A DNA stretch of 64,000 nucleotides. Source: Octopus sinensis. Its lineage: Eukaryota. Of the stretch, positions 36,632 through 49,344 are shown piece after piece. The notes beneath the pieces are model-generated. The model was given only the letters and a program-made list of their open reading frames with translations, ran no database searches and was not told where the DNA came from. Each line of letters begins with the position of its first letter. The stretch's first letter is position 1. The DNA is taken from NCBI RefSeq assembly GCF_006345805.1, contig NW_021834783.1:1-64000 (forward strand). The letters are read 5' to 3'. The position numbers were made by a program, and so were the translations under genes.

Positions 36632-37036
36632 TAAGGCAGTGAGCTAGCAGAAATGTTAGCACACCGGACGAAATGCGTAACCGTATTTCGTCTGCCGTTA
36701 TGTTGTGAGTTCAAATTCCGCCAAGGTCGACTTTGCCTTTCATCCTTTCGGGGTTGATTAAATAAGTACCAGTTACGCACTGGGGTCAATATAATCGACT
36801 TTATCCGTTTGTCTGTCCTTGTTTGTCCTCTCTGTGTTTAACCCCTTGTGGGTAGTAAAGAAATAGGTATTTCATCTGCCTTTACGTTCTGAGTTCAAAT
36901 TCCGCCGAGGTTGACTTTGCCTTTCATCCTTTCGGGGTTGATTAAATAAGTACCAGTTACGCACTGGGGTCGATGTAATCGACTTAATCCGTTTGTCCTC
37001 TCTGGGTTTAACCCCTTGTGGGTAGTAAAAGAAATG
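36632..37036 (+). mobile_element. OK-like SINE head-to-tail dimer
   Basis: The second unit starts at the GGTATT junction 36866-36871. Confidence 0.9.
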
Positions 37037-37874
37037 GGTTATAAAGGAAGATAGATAAAAGTAAATAAAGCCGCGGCTGAAGGAGGCGCGTCGGTAAGAG
37101 AGAAGGTGAGTGTTAGAGAATTACGATTAGTAAAGGTGGAAGCTAGTTTGTGCAGTAAAAATTATGACGATTTCATGGAGTTGGAGAAAGTTTCGTAGCA
37201 TTTGCGATAACATTCAAAAATTATGTCAGAGAATCGATTTAGCTTAGAGGTCTTGTGGCGAAATATAGTGAGCGGTACGTGGCAACATACTGGACAAACG
37301 CACCAATCTGCTGTCCGAGGAATTCCGCTGCAAACTATGGAACGGGACAGATTATAGAGTATGTCCTTATAGGGTATGTGGATTGCGATGGATGTAGAAA
37401 ACGAGGTAAATTTTCAGATTAACAGGTGTGCACGTTAGCGTTGCTTAAAATGAATCGTGGTTCCGATGTAAAACCTGTAATGACGTGGGCATATGGTTGT
37501 AACTATACATTTAAGCACATTATGGTACAAGCAATTCGTTCAATGGACACTTTTGGAGCATCGCTATCTGCCGAATCAAATTTAAGCTAATCTAGACTTA
37601 ACACTTTGTTTTTTTAGACTTTTAAGCTCCTCTAGAGTGAATGAATTCCCATCTCTTGGATAATTTCAGTGTTCGACTTTGAGCCCTACAATTTCTGATT
37701 TGTACTTAAAAAAATACTTCTTCCAGGGGAGACTAATCTTTATAAACTACTTGTCCGGGTTATCTCCCTTGCTCATTCTTTTTTTTTTTTTTTGCTTAAT
37801 TCGATAATTTTTTATTTAATTCTAAGCAGAAGTTTTCAACAGGTAGGTTGTATAGGTAAGATCTAGGTTACAGG
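37037..37874 (-). mobile_element. Second copy of the Penelope-like remnant
   Basis: High similarity to 3073-4212, without the SINE insertions. Confidence 0.75.
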
Positions 37875-38692
37875 GTATTTACGTACAAATATTGCCACCA
37901 AACCCAGCTGTATGAAACTCAAAATAACTGTAGTTGATTCTGGAACAATGAAACTTAAAATACCTTGAGGTATCGGGTCCACACACACAACAAACACACA
38001 CACGCACACACATAGGTAATCGTTCCGTAAGTCAGGGATGATATTGAAATAAACATGGGAGAAGCCTTTGAAGACAGAAGACAGTGATAAGGATGAATAA
38101 CACGGCAGGGAAATTGAATTGAGCTCAAAACAGAGAATACGATTGGTTAAAATTCGAAGAATTAAACTACGTAAAAGTTACAAAATACATTTTTCTCAAA
38201 AAAACTAATTGAAATTAATGTTTTCTTTTGACACATTCTACCAGTATACGAAGTTTCAAATTATTTAGTTAAGTAGAAAATTCTGTCCATCTTTTAGAAA
38301 AGATCCCAAGCTACAATACTTATTTACACAAATAGTTACGTAACCAAAGTTTACTCTTGAAATTACGTTGTCTGCTAATGAATTAGGAGCCGCTCCCCCC
38401 TCCTAAAACGAAACATCTTGTCTAAACCACAGCGCTCCGCTGATAAAGTGCTTGTTTGCAGCTATTGCAATCACGTGGTTCCAGGTTTAGTCCCACAGCG
38501 CGGCACCGAAGGCACGTTTTTTCCTTTCGCCCTAGGAGACTAGTACCTTATGGGTGAAGATGGTAGGCAGAAACCGGGTGGAAGTCTGTTGTATGTATAT
38601 TTGTTCTCTACTGCTTGAGAACCTGTTTATGTTTGTTTACGTCCCCCGTAACTTAGCTATTCGACAAGAAACCGATAAAGTAGGTACTAGTG

Positions 38693-38871
38693 CAGTGGTT
38701 TTCAACCAGGGTTCCGCAAGAAGTTACAAAACTGCTAAAATCGGCAGTAATTTTTAATTCTCCTGTGCAGATATGTGTGCATAAGGCTATTAAATTATTG
38801 CACAGGGGTTCCTCGAGCCAGTAGAATGTTTCCTTGGGGTTCCGCTCCAGCAAAAAGTTTGAAAAGCACTG
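38693..38871. mobile_element. hAT-type MITE inserted in a CORE-type SINE
   Basis: CAGTGGTTTTCAA ... TTGAAAAGCACTG with 8-bp TSD TACTAGTG/TACTAGAG. Confidence 0.75.
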
Positions 38872-39229
38872 TACTAGAGATTAAAGAAAAAAAATCAGTA
38901 CTGAGTTTATTTGTTTGACTAAACCCTCCAAGGCGGTGCCTCAGAATGGCTACCGTCCAATAACCGAAACAAACAAAGCGTAAAATTACAATCTTAAATG
39001 TTTGTCCCTCGCTAAATCCGAATCTGTGCCCCTTTTTTACCTTTCCCCAACTGATAATGAGTTATTATTTCAAAATAACGTATTTTAATATATGCCTAAC
39101 TATAAAAGTAAAACAGGAAACAATTAAAGTCCTTAATTTACAAATAGAAATATTAATTCCAAGTAAACAGAGTTCTTAATTCAGTCACAAAGTTTTATTT
39201 CTTTCAACGACATTTCAGCATTTAAAAAA

Positions 39230-39349
39230 AGCCGCTCTTCCAAAACGAGGCTTACATATTACTTCCGGTTCATAACCTCTTCTTCCGGTAGTTTCTTTCA
39301 TTCAAATCTTGAAATCTCCACCGTTCGAAGTCGTAACGGATTCTACGAG
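39230..39349 (+). promoter_or_regulatory. Likely NUP35 promoter and non-coding first exon
   Basis: Two ETS-type CTTCCGG motifs (39262-39268, 39282-39288), local CpG enrichment, and donor gag|GTAGGT at 39350. Confidence 0.5.
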
Positions 39350-40070
39350 GTAGGTTCTAGTTTATTCACTATCCTCGCTTTTCCTAGTCCTTAATTCAAA
39401 CTGATCTTTAAGCTGCTCTTACATTTACAGTCCTAAAATATAAAAAAGAAAGGTCCCTTAAATACTGATGTCTATTTCGTTGTTGCCCAGTTCCCTAGAA
39501 AATGAGATTTCGCTTAATTAGCTTCATTTATTAGTTTTTCAAGGCAAATACTTTAATGTAACACACACACGTGTAATAAAACTGTATTAAAAGACTGGTT
39601 CTTGAATTTAGTGCCATAAAATTGAGGATATTCATTTTATTAGTTTAAATATTCGCCTTGATAGGCGTGTTTCCCGGAATAGTCTTTCACTATCTCGTGG
39701 ACACGGAATTGCGTGGTTGTTCACTTTTCTTGAAGCATTTTTTTGTCAAAAAAAAGTAGGAAAACAAAAAACAAGCTGGAATGTCTTTGATTATAGGTCT
39801 GCTCAGATAGGGAGGATAAAGACAAAAAAAAAAAATCTTTTTACACCCTTATTCAAATTCCGAAACTCTCTGCGACGGACTTTCGGAAACGGCTATCACT
39901 GCCACTTGGGAAAGGGAAAGTAATGTGTGTGGTTGCTTTCTTCTGTTAAAGAATTACTTTGGTATCCCCAAAGTTTCATTTTTAACATTTTTGCCCCTAA
40001 CTTCACGCTCTCTTGCTGCCGACTCATCAGACGAGTGTAACAATAAAAAAAGAAAGAAGAAAACCCCAAA

Positions 40071-40491
40071 GGCGATCTTTCGTCTCTAGTAGACCTTTCC
40101 GTCGATTTCCGTAAAAAAATTTTTTTCTTTTACATATGGGCTTGCGGTAACTTTTGAAGTAATATACATACATATACACATACACCGAGTAAAAAATTTC
40201 AGTTATCTCTCTCTTTCACACATTACTCTGTCTCTTCACACACACTAACAGAAGCACTTCACTTACACAACATACTGTCTGTCTCCCCACCCCCTCAACA
40301 CACACACCACACACATGTACATCAATGCTTCACATGCACGGTAACTTCAAAAGAACTTCCCTCGTCATACAATCGCTTTCTCTTAGTCTCTTTCGCTCTC
40401 ATTACTTCAAAGTTCCCGCAAGCCATATGTAAAAAGAAAAAATTTGTTTACGGAAATCGACGGAAAGGTCTGCTAGAGACGAAAGATTGTC
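40071..40491. mobile_element. GG-terminated MITE with about 90-bp TIRs and 8-bp TSD (Merlin-like)
   Basis: TSD ACCCCAAA at 40063-40070 and 40492-40499. Confidence 0.8.
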
Positions 40492-40616
40492 ACCCCAAAT
40501 ATTTGAAAAAGTTTGCGAACTGTTAAGAATTTCCAACTTAACTACGCTGTGTTATATTATATCCTTTTATCCGTTAGTAAATGAAGTTAGGAATGATTTA
40601 ACCTAACATGATGGAG

Positions 40617-41428
40617 GGCGAAGTTTCGTATGTCGTAGATCAGATTTCCGTCGATTTCCGTAAAACTTTATTTTTTACATAGTAATGAGAGCGAAAGAGA
40701 CTAAGAGGAAGCGATTTTACGACGAGAAGGTTCACTTTGAAATCGCCTGTGTGCGTTTGATGGGGTGTGGGAGACAGACAGTATGTTGTTGTAAGTGAAG
40801 TGCTTCTGTTAGTGTGTGCGAAGAGACGAGAGAGTAATGTTGAAAGAGAGAGATAACTGATTTTTTTACTCGGTGTATGTGTATATGTATGTATGCATGT
40901 ATGTGTGTGTGTGTGTGTATGTATCTATGTATGTGTGTGTGTTTATGTATGTATGTATGTATGTATGGCGGCATAGACTTTTCACACAGAACATTACCAA
41001 TCGGATTTTGTCACTTTTCCTTACACATTTTGTACTGTTCGTTCCTTTTGCGCACAACACAATGTTACACATGCATATATATGCATGCTTGCACCCAGTT
41101 TCTGTGCACCTCTATAGACTATTAACTTTTTTTTTCCTTTGAATGCAACTCTTTCTCATGAGAAGAATATCTCCTCATTTTATAACTCCCCATCTTTTCT
41201 TACCATTTCACCATCGTCACATCACAGAGACATTAAGGCTGCACAGTAGCAGTCGACAAGGCATGTATAACGATTAAATAAAAAAATTTTGTCTATATCT
41301 TCGATCACTGTCATTATTCCATTGAGTCACCTCATTATTTTCTACATAGCAGACTGTTACATAAACAGGCGCCGCAAGGTAATCTTTCGTTTTAATTCGA
41401 AATAATTAAACACTGAATCGGCATACAT

Positions 41429-41462
<34 letters not shown>

Positions 41463-41877
41463 GTACTTACACACACACACATACATGCAGACATACATAT
41501 TCACATACACCGTAAAAAATACGATGAATCGGCCATACATACATACATACATACATAAACACACACACATACATAGATACATACACCACACATACATGCA
41601 TACATACATATACACATACACCGAGTAAAAAAATCAGTTATCTCTCTCTTTCACACATTACTCTCTCTGTCTCTTCGCACACACTAACAGAAGCAATTCA
41701 CTTACACAACATACTGTCTGTCTCCACACCCCCTCAAACGCACACAGGCGATTTCAAAGTGAAACCTTCTCGTCGTAAAATCGCTTCCTCTTAGTCTCTT
41801 TCGCTCTCATTACTTATGTAAAAAATAAAAGTTTTTTACGAAATCGACGAAATCTGTGCTACTACACGAACTATGCC
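40617..41877. mobile_element. Related element with about 350-bp TIRs and 8-bp TSD (Merlin-like)
   Basis: TSD TGATGGAG at 40609-40616 and 41878-41885; arms at about 40617-40970 and 41525-41877. Confidence 0.8.
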
Positions 41878-42833
41878 TGATGGAGTTTTGGGGTGGAGAT
41901 TGATTTATTTTGAGAAAGTAAAACAATAATAAAAAACTTATTTAAAATTTACTTCTTGAAATGGTCAAACTAAAGCGTTTGACCCGGTCATAAAAACATT
42001 AAAAAATATAGTGTAATAGGTGTAAAACAACTTGCTCTAAACGAAGATGACAAAAAAAAATGCGCGCTTGCGAAAAGGGGGTGGGGGAGAGGACTCGGAA
42101 TATTCACATCGTGAATGTTCCGGGTCTGATCCGGACACAAAAACAAAAAAAAATTCACATCTTCAGTCCATGGCCTTTAAATTATAGTGTATGACCCGGG
42201 CCAGAATAAAATAGTGTAATTGGTGTAAAACTACTTGTTCTAAACGATTATCAAGAACACACACACACACAAAGAGAAATGGTTGGTTCAAGGCAAGTGT
42301 GCATTGAACTGAATTTAAATAAGCAAGAAAGATATTATCAAAGAAAAGGCCATAGCACCATCTTTAGTATCTGTTGTTATTATTATTGTGGAGTTGAATG
42401 TGTGTGTGTGTGGTGAAGTTATCAATATCAATAGATTAACCAACACCATTGAAGTGAAATAATAGTTTCTATACTTTTTGGTTTGGCGCTGCTGAACTGA
42501 GTCAAAGACTTTGTAATACAAGTCAGAAGAAAACAAGAAAAAGAAAGAAAAATGCGATAGCCATAACAGTAAAGAATTAAGACCTTCCCCCCCCCCCCAA
42601 ACAGTAACCCTTGTGTTTAAAATCTCCCTAACAAAAAGAAGAGACGTTGTTTGGCTATGGACTACATTGGTCTTTCCATGTTGTGCTTTAGCCACAATTT
42701 ACACTTTTTTTATTACTTTTGTGCCCAGGGTCAGAATATTCCAGCCTTACAATGGATTTAGAAGAGCTAGCAAAACCTCTGAGTAGCTCCTGCAGTCTCA
42801 GCATAGGGAAAAGCATCTCTGATGTTTATTTCA

Positions 42834-42835
<2 letters not shown>

Positions 42836-42901
<66 letters not shown>
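42836..42901. repeat. Perfect (TA)n at the tail of a CORE-type SINE (42905-43300, minus)
   Basis: Direct reading. Confidence 0.97.
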
Positions 42902-42902
<1 letters not shown>

Positions 42903-43310
42903 TCTTTTACTCTTTTTCTTGTTTCAGTCATTTGACTGTGGCCATGCTGGCGCACTGCCTTTAGTCGAGCAAATCGACCCCAGGACTTATTGTTTGTGAG
43001 CCCAGTACTTATTCTATCGGTCTCTTTTGCCGAACCGCTAAGTGACGGCGACGTAAACACACCAGCATCGGTTGTCAAGCAATGCTAGGGGGACAAACAC
43101 AGACACACAAACATACACACACACACATATATATATATACATATATACGACAGGCTTCTTTCAGTTTCCGTCTACCAAATCCACTCACAAGGCTTTGGTC
43201 GGCCCGAGGCTATAGTAGAAGACACTTGCCCAACATGCCATGCAGTGGGACTGAACCCGGAACCATGTGGTTGGTTAGCAAGCTACTTACCACACAGCCA
43301 CTCCTATGTA

Positions 43311-43690
43311 CACTTGCGTCAGAAATTAATTAGCACTTCTCAAATTTCTACATTAAATAGGTTAAATCAATTAACCTATGAGCTGTTCAAAACGTCTTAC
43401 GCGATGAGAAAACTTAGTATGGTGTGATTTCGGTCCTTGCGAGGCGCTACCTATATCTATTAAACAAAGGAAGATTTGTCTGCATCCACACTCCAAGTTG
43501 TTGTTGCACTGCTATGTCAACATCATAAGGCTGTAGACTCTCAAACTGCTCTGCAAACAAAGTTACGTCATCGTTCTGCGCAACAGTGAACTCGCAACAA
43601 AGCAATAGTTCGAGATATGGCCACTAGGTGACAGCACATACCTTGAGTGAAGAGCAAATCAAGGGTGCTAATTAATTTCTGACGGTAGTG
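43311..43690. mobile_element. Tc1-like MITE
   Basis: TA|CACTTGCGTCAGAAATTAATTAGCAC ... GTGCTAATTAATTTCTGACGGTAGTG|TA. Confidence 0.8.
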
Positions 43691-44287
43691 TATATATATA
43701 TAAAATAGATGATATAAATGATGGTTGGTTGATTAATTTTTCCAATCATACTTTGTGTAGAGAGGTGACAGAAAAGGTAACAACAGGTACAGAGTGAGAC
43801 AGTACCTTGGAGCCAGGCAGTAAGTAATGGTACACAATACAGAGGATGAGGAAGAGAGTAAATGACAGTTAGGGGAAGAGTGATACAAAACCTCTTTTAA
43901 AGTGTACATATATAAATTAAAATCTTCCATCATAATTCTATAGAAAGATCTCGGTCTCAATTAAGTTACAAACATCAACTACATGACGAAATGAAATTCT
44001 TGATTATTTCTTAATTGAAACATGTAGGTAGCATAATTAGTCACAAATATGATAATGAAAGGATTAAAGTTACGTATTTCTTTTACAAATTTATTTAAAT
44101 TCTGGGAAAACATTGAGAATGATTTCAATATATCCATTAAAATTTGGGATTTCTGACTGCAGAAACTACTTTAAAGGCTCTGATTCATTTTTATTTTTCT
44201 TAGCAACAAAACTGTCAAAGTCTTTAATAATGGAATTCTTTTTTTATCCATGTTTCTGTAGCTACCAACACATTCTGACTTTAGAGA

Positions 44288-44383
44288 ATGACATCCAGTG
44301 CTGCTTCTCCAAATATTCATACTCCTCCTAACCAATATCTACCCGGTTATCTCTTGGGAGACGTTACACCACATGGCAGAACG
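44288..44383 (+). CDS. NUP35: Nucleoporin NUP35/Nup53, coding exon 1
   Basis: MTSSAASPNIHTPPNQYLPGYLLGD carries the Nup35 N-terminal F/YLPG.L.G motif; there are in-frame stops upstream of the ATG if the acceptor at 44260-44261 is used. Confidence 0.85.
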
Positions 44384-45181
44384 GTGAGATTTTTTTTCTT
44401 TTTTTTAGCCATCAACAAATGCCAATCTTATAATAGGATCCATTTATCAAAATCAAAATCTCATTCGATGACTGGCATCCGTACTAGCAGGTTGCAAAGA
44501 GCACCATACGAGCGTGATCATTGACAGAGCGGCTAACCGGCTGTCTTGCCAGTGGCACATAAAAGGCACCATTTGAGTGTGAGCGTTACCAGCGTCGCCT
44601 TACTGGCACTTGTTCCCCTGCTAGTAGGGTGTTCTCGAAGTTAAAGTTAGGCCATGGGTTTCCCAGATTGTCTCCGTCAACCGAGGATAGATCCTGGACC
44701 TGATTATCATCATCATCATGGTTTAACATCCGCTTTCCATGCTAGCATGGGTTGGACGATTGACTGAGAGCTGGCAAACCAGATGGCTGCACCAGGCTTC
44801 AAGCTTGATCTGGCAGAGTTTCTACTACTGGATGCCCTTCCTAATGCCAACCACTCTGAGAGTGTAGTGGGTGCTTTTACGTGCCACCGGCACGGAAGCC
44901 AGTTAGCCACTCTGGCAATGATCATGCTCGGATGGTTCTCTTAACATCCTACTAGCATATAAGGACTGGTGCAAATTTGGGCCTCCTATAGGCCAATTTT
45001 TGTCCCTAGCACTCTTTTCCTGAACAGCACTGCTGAAATTTCATTGCATCTTTGTATGCCATCAAATGCAGTATTTCTTTTTTCCTGTGGATTTGAGGAC
45101 TTTTGCTGATGTAAGAAAAAATTGTAGTTTATTGTTGTTGTAAACTTGACAGTAACATTTATTAATTTTTTTATCCTTTAG

Positions 45182-45297
45182 CAAACTCCACTCCGTTGGC
45201 CTTCAGGTCATGCTCAGACCACACCCATCTCTGCCAGACGTCAACAAGGAACCAAAGTATCCCCAGCATCCAGTATGGTAACGACCCCACCATCAAG
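45182..45297 (+). CDS. NUP35: NUP35 coding exon 2
   Basis: tttAG|CAA...ag|GTGAGT; keeps frame. Confidence 0.8.
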
Positions 45298-46093
45298 GTG
45301 AGTGTTTCAGTTATTTGAAATTTTTTACTTATTGGATTATGAGATGAATTTGCAAGAAAGTTTGAAGTTGTTTAGAAGGCAACTAGAATTAACCCTTTTA
45401 GCACCAACTTCATTCTACAGTATAAACTTCATGTTTTAGAGTGCATTTAAACCAGCCTTATCTGGCCCAAATATTCAGTGCTAGTATAGGATGCAGTCTA
45501 ACACTTTGTCAAACAGTATAGCCAGGGTTATCTACCTTAATCGTTCAGTTAATAAAGGAAACCAATTTTCCCATGATACGGACATTAACAACAGATTAAA
45601 CTGAAGTTGAGCCAGAGTGAGATTTTAGAACTTACTGGCACTTGTGCCCGTGCTAGTAGGGTGCCAAGAGCACCATCCGAGCGTGATCGTTGCTATTGCC
45701 AGAGCAGCCATCCGGCTTCCGTGCCGGTGGCACGTAAGAGAGCACCATTCGACCGCGATCATTACCAACGTCGCCTTACTGGCACCTGTACCGGTGGCAT
45801 GTGTAAAAAGATTTGTGCAAGGTCATTGCCAGTACCGCCTGACTGGCCCCCATGCCTGTGGCACATAAAAAGCACCCACTACACTCTCAGAGTGGTTGGC
45901 ATTAGGAAGGGTATCCAGCTGTAGAAATTCTGCCAGATCAAGATTGGAGCTTGGTGCAGCCATCTGGTTCGCCAGTCCTCAGTCAATATCGTCGAACCCA
46001 TGCTAGCATGGAAAGCGGACGTTAAACGATGATGATGATTTTTCTTTGTCATGGATATACCCATGACCACAGCAGTGACTCTAACAAGAAAAT

Positions 46094-46620
46094 CTAAAAA
46101 TACAATAACTGACTGGTATAATATGTGTCGCAAGGTGCGTGGAGCCATAGTTAATCATGAACGGTGAGGGAAGATGGTTGGAACAAACGATAACCCCATT
46201 GAGATCGATGAAGCAAAATTTGCTGGTCGACGAAAATGCAATCGTGGAAGAAAACTGGATGGTGACAACGCTCCTCTCTTAATGACAGTGATGCAGAACA
46301 ACAGGAACCATGGATGTAGAATTGATAGGCTGTGGGTCTCAAACAATGCTCAGACTGTTGATACTTTTGTGTGGAATGGTGTGACGGGAACACTCTGATC
46401 CCAATTATTGAAAGTGAATGTGAAAAAGATGATTGGTCCACTTATAATAATTTAAATGCCATAGTTTATCACCATCTTACAGTGAACCATCAATGACATT
46501 TATGGATCCAGTGAGTGGAGCACACACTCAGGCCATTGAGTGATCTTGGTTAAATGCTAAAACCATGATTCTGAAATATTTGAAGTTTTTTAATTGCTGA
46601 AATCTCTGGAAAAATCTGAG
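46094..46620 (+). pseudogene. Merlin (IS1016/ISXO2-like) DDE transposase remnant
   Basis: TDWYNMCR...IEIDEAKFAGRRKCNRGR...HLTVNH..MDPVSGAHTQAIE.SW, with stops and frameshifts. Confidence 0.8.
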
Positions 46621-48064
46621 AGATCAGGTAGACAACCCTGTTTGACACCATGTTAGACTGTGTACTAGACTAGCACCAAATATTCTTGTTTTATCCTCAA
46701 ACTGGCCGGATCTAGCTTCATCATCATCATCATCGTTTAACGTCCGTTTTCCGCGCTAGCACGGGTTGGATGGTTAGACCGGGGTCTGGGAAGCCAGGGG
46801 CTGCTCCAGGCTCCAGTCTGATCTGGCAGAGTTTCTACGGCTGGATGCCCTTCCTAACGCCAACCACTCCGCGAGTGTAGTGGGTGCTTTTTACGTGCCA
46901 TCGGCCACGTTCAGATGGTGCTTTTTATGTGCCACCGGCACGGTGCTGGCATCAGCCACGTTTGGATGGTGCTTTTTATGTACCACCGGCCCAGAAGCCA
47001 GTCGGTGCGGCGCTGGCATCGGCCACATTCGGATGGTGCTTTTTATGTGCCACCGGCACAGAAGCCAGTCGAGTCGGCGCTGGCTACGGCCACGTTCGGA
47101 TGGTGCTTAGCCTGCAGTATTATTTTAGAAATAAACACACATCATTGAAATTCCAAAGCTACAAGACAATAGATGTCCAATTCCAATTGATGTGAATAAA
47201 TGTACCAGCGTCGCTGGTGGCACGTAAAAAGCACCCACTACACTCTCAGAGTGGTTGACGTTAGGAAGGGCACCAGCACCAATAGAGTCACTAAGCAACT
47301 TGCAAGAAGAGATCTCTCAGCTGAGTGGGTAGAGCAGTAATATATAATAGATATGTTAATAGTATATTATAGATCAGCACTTCATAAATTATGGGTTGTG
47401 ACCCCAAATGGGATTGCGAAAGTTAAATTCAAACACTTGAATTTCTGACACTTGGTCATTGCCAGTACCGCCTGACTGGTCCCTGTGCTGGTGGCACATA
47501 AAAAGCACCCACTACACTCTTGGAGTGGTTGGCGTTAGGAAGGGCATCCAGCTGTAGAAACTCTGCCAGATCAAGATTGGAGCCTGGTGCAGCCATCTGG
47601 TTCGCCAGTCCTCAGTCAAAATCGTCCAAGCCATGCTAGCATGGAAAGCGGACGTTAAACAATGATGATGACGACACATGACAGAGTGATCTGAATGCTA
47701 AATGGTTGAACTGGTAAAGATGACAGGGTTGTGTACCTCTTGAGCTTTTGCAAATAAGTGGTTTCAGGGAACATGTATGCAGGGAGGAATTCTTGAGAGC
47801 CAACAGTCGAGGAAGGAAGGTCTAAATATAGGGGTTACAGTGGCACCTGGAGTTGGTGGGTATGGGTGACAGGAGGAGATGAATTACAGTGTCCCCTGAA
47901 GGAGGAGCTGAATGAATCAGCACAACCCAGGCAGAGATGGCAGGTGACCATCCATATCTGGAGGGCATCTGACCGTGTAATGGTGGTGGTCATGGTTGAA
48001 AGGCCTGGGAGAGGAGACAGATGCCTGTTGGACTGAAGTTGGAGTGTGGTGATGAGTGACTTAA

Positions 48065-48236
48065 TACCTATTTCTTTATTACCCACAAGGGGCTAAACAC
48101 AGAGGGGACAAACAAGGACAGACATAGGTATTAAGTCGATTACATCGACCCCAGTGCATAACTGGTACTTAATTTATCGACCCCAAAAGGATGAAAGGCA
48201 AAGTCGACCTCGGCGGAATTTGAACTCACAACGTAA
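48065..48236 (-). mobile_element. 5'-truncated OK-like SINE with ACTTAATACC direct repeat
   Basis: Repeat at 48059-48068 and 48236-48245; it includes the AATACC (GGTATT) motif. Confidence 0.8.
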
Positions 48237-48835
48237 CTTAATACCATTCAATCTGGGTTTTCTGTGTGTGTGCTCGGTCTAAGAATTTCATACTTTATTA
48301 GATATGAAGTGAAATTAGATCCAACCGTATGGCCTTGGGTTCAATCCCACTTCACAGCACTTTGAGCAAATGTTTTCTATTAAAGCCTTGCTTTGACCAA
48401 AGCCTTATGAGTGGATTTGGTAGGTGGAAACTAAGCGAAACCCATTTTATATGTATTTGTCTCCCCCTATAGTTTGATGACCAGTGATTATTTGTTTACA
48501 TCCCTGTAACTTAGCAGTTCAGTTAAAAGAGACAGAATAAGTACTGGGGTTGATTTGTTCAACTAAATCCATCAAGGAGTGTCCCAGCATGAGTGCAATC
48601 CAATGACAGACCCTCACCCAAAATTGCTGGCCTTGTGCTAAAATTTGAAACTATTAATTAAGCTGTTGTTTGGAACATAAATTGACATGGAATTTTGATG
48701 GAAGATTTTGAGATCACTGCCAACAGTTTGTCTCCTGGAACCAGGGTCAGTTTTGGATGAATTTGTATCGAAAGAGTTAATCACCCGTCTGTTATTGTTT
48801 CTACCATTGCTGAAAGTAAAATTAATATTTTTCAG

Positions 48836-48938
48836 AAGCGAGATTCTTCGCAGTAAAGATCGGAGTGCTGCACCGCCTGTCCAGAGTTTATTCGAATCTC
48901 CAATGTCTTCATCAATGGTAGAGACTTCTTTCCGCCAA
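48836..48938 (+). CDS. NUP35: NUP35 coding exon 3
   Basis: KDRSAAPPVQSLFE resembles human KDKSGAPPVRSIYD; AG/GTAAG boundaries. Confidence 0.9.
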
Positions 48939-49344
48939 GTAAGTTAAGCTTGATTCTCATTAAACAAAATACGATGAAAGTAACTTTGTTTGTCTTAATT
49001 TGTTTATTGTATTTGATAACATAAAAAACACGTATGCATATTAGATATGCCCCAGTTTTAGCAGCATATGTTCACGGAGGAAAATGGTTGTAGTGCATTA
49101 CATTAAAGCAGTGACCCCCCCAACCAGGAGTCCACGGACCCCTAGTGGTCCACAAAGGTAGTACAGGGGGTCCATGAACTAAATTCAAAATTTCATATAT
49201 ACATATGTATGAGAGGGTTTGGTGTCTGGAAGACCCAAAAGGCAGGTAAGGCTATGTAAGTACTACAGAAGGACTGCTGTTAGACTCCTGGTTCAATAAT
49301 AGTATGAGTGAAGAGTCTAACGCAAGTCGTGTGTGAACGTGTAT

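Noticed and set aside
39990-40040. CTGATGAG on the minus strand (also CTGACGAG at 62636) as hammerhead cores
   Set aside because: No correctly placed GAAA or supporting helices.
42719-42835. Possible extra NUP35 5' exon (MDLEELAKP...) or C/D snoRNA (two CTGA boxes)
   Set aside because: There is no convincing splice donor, canonical C box or terminal stem.
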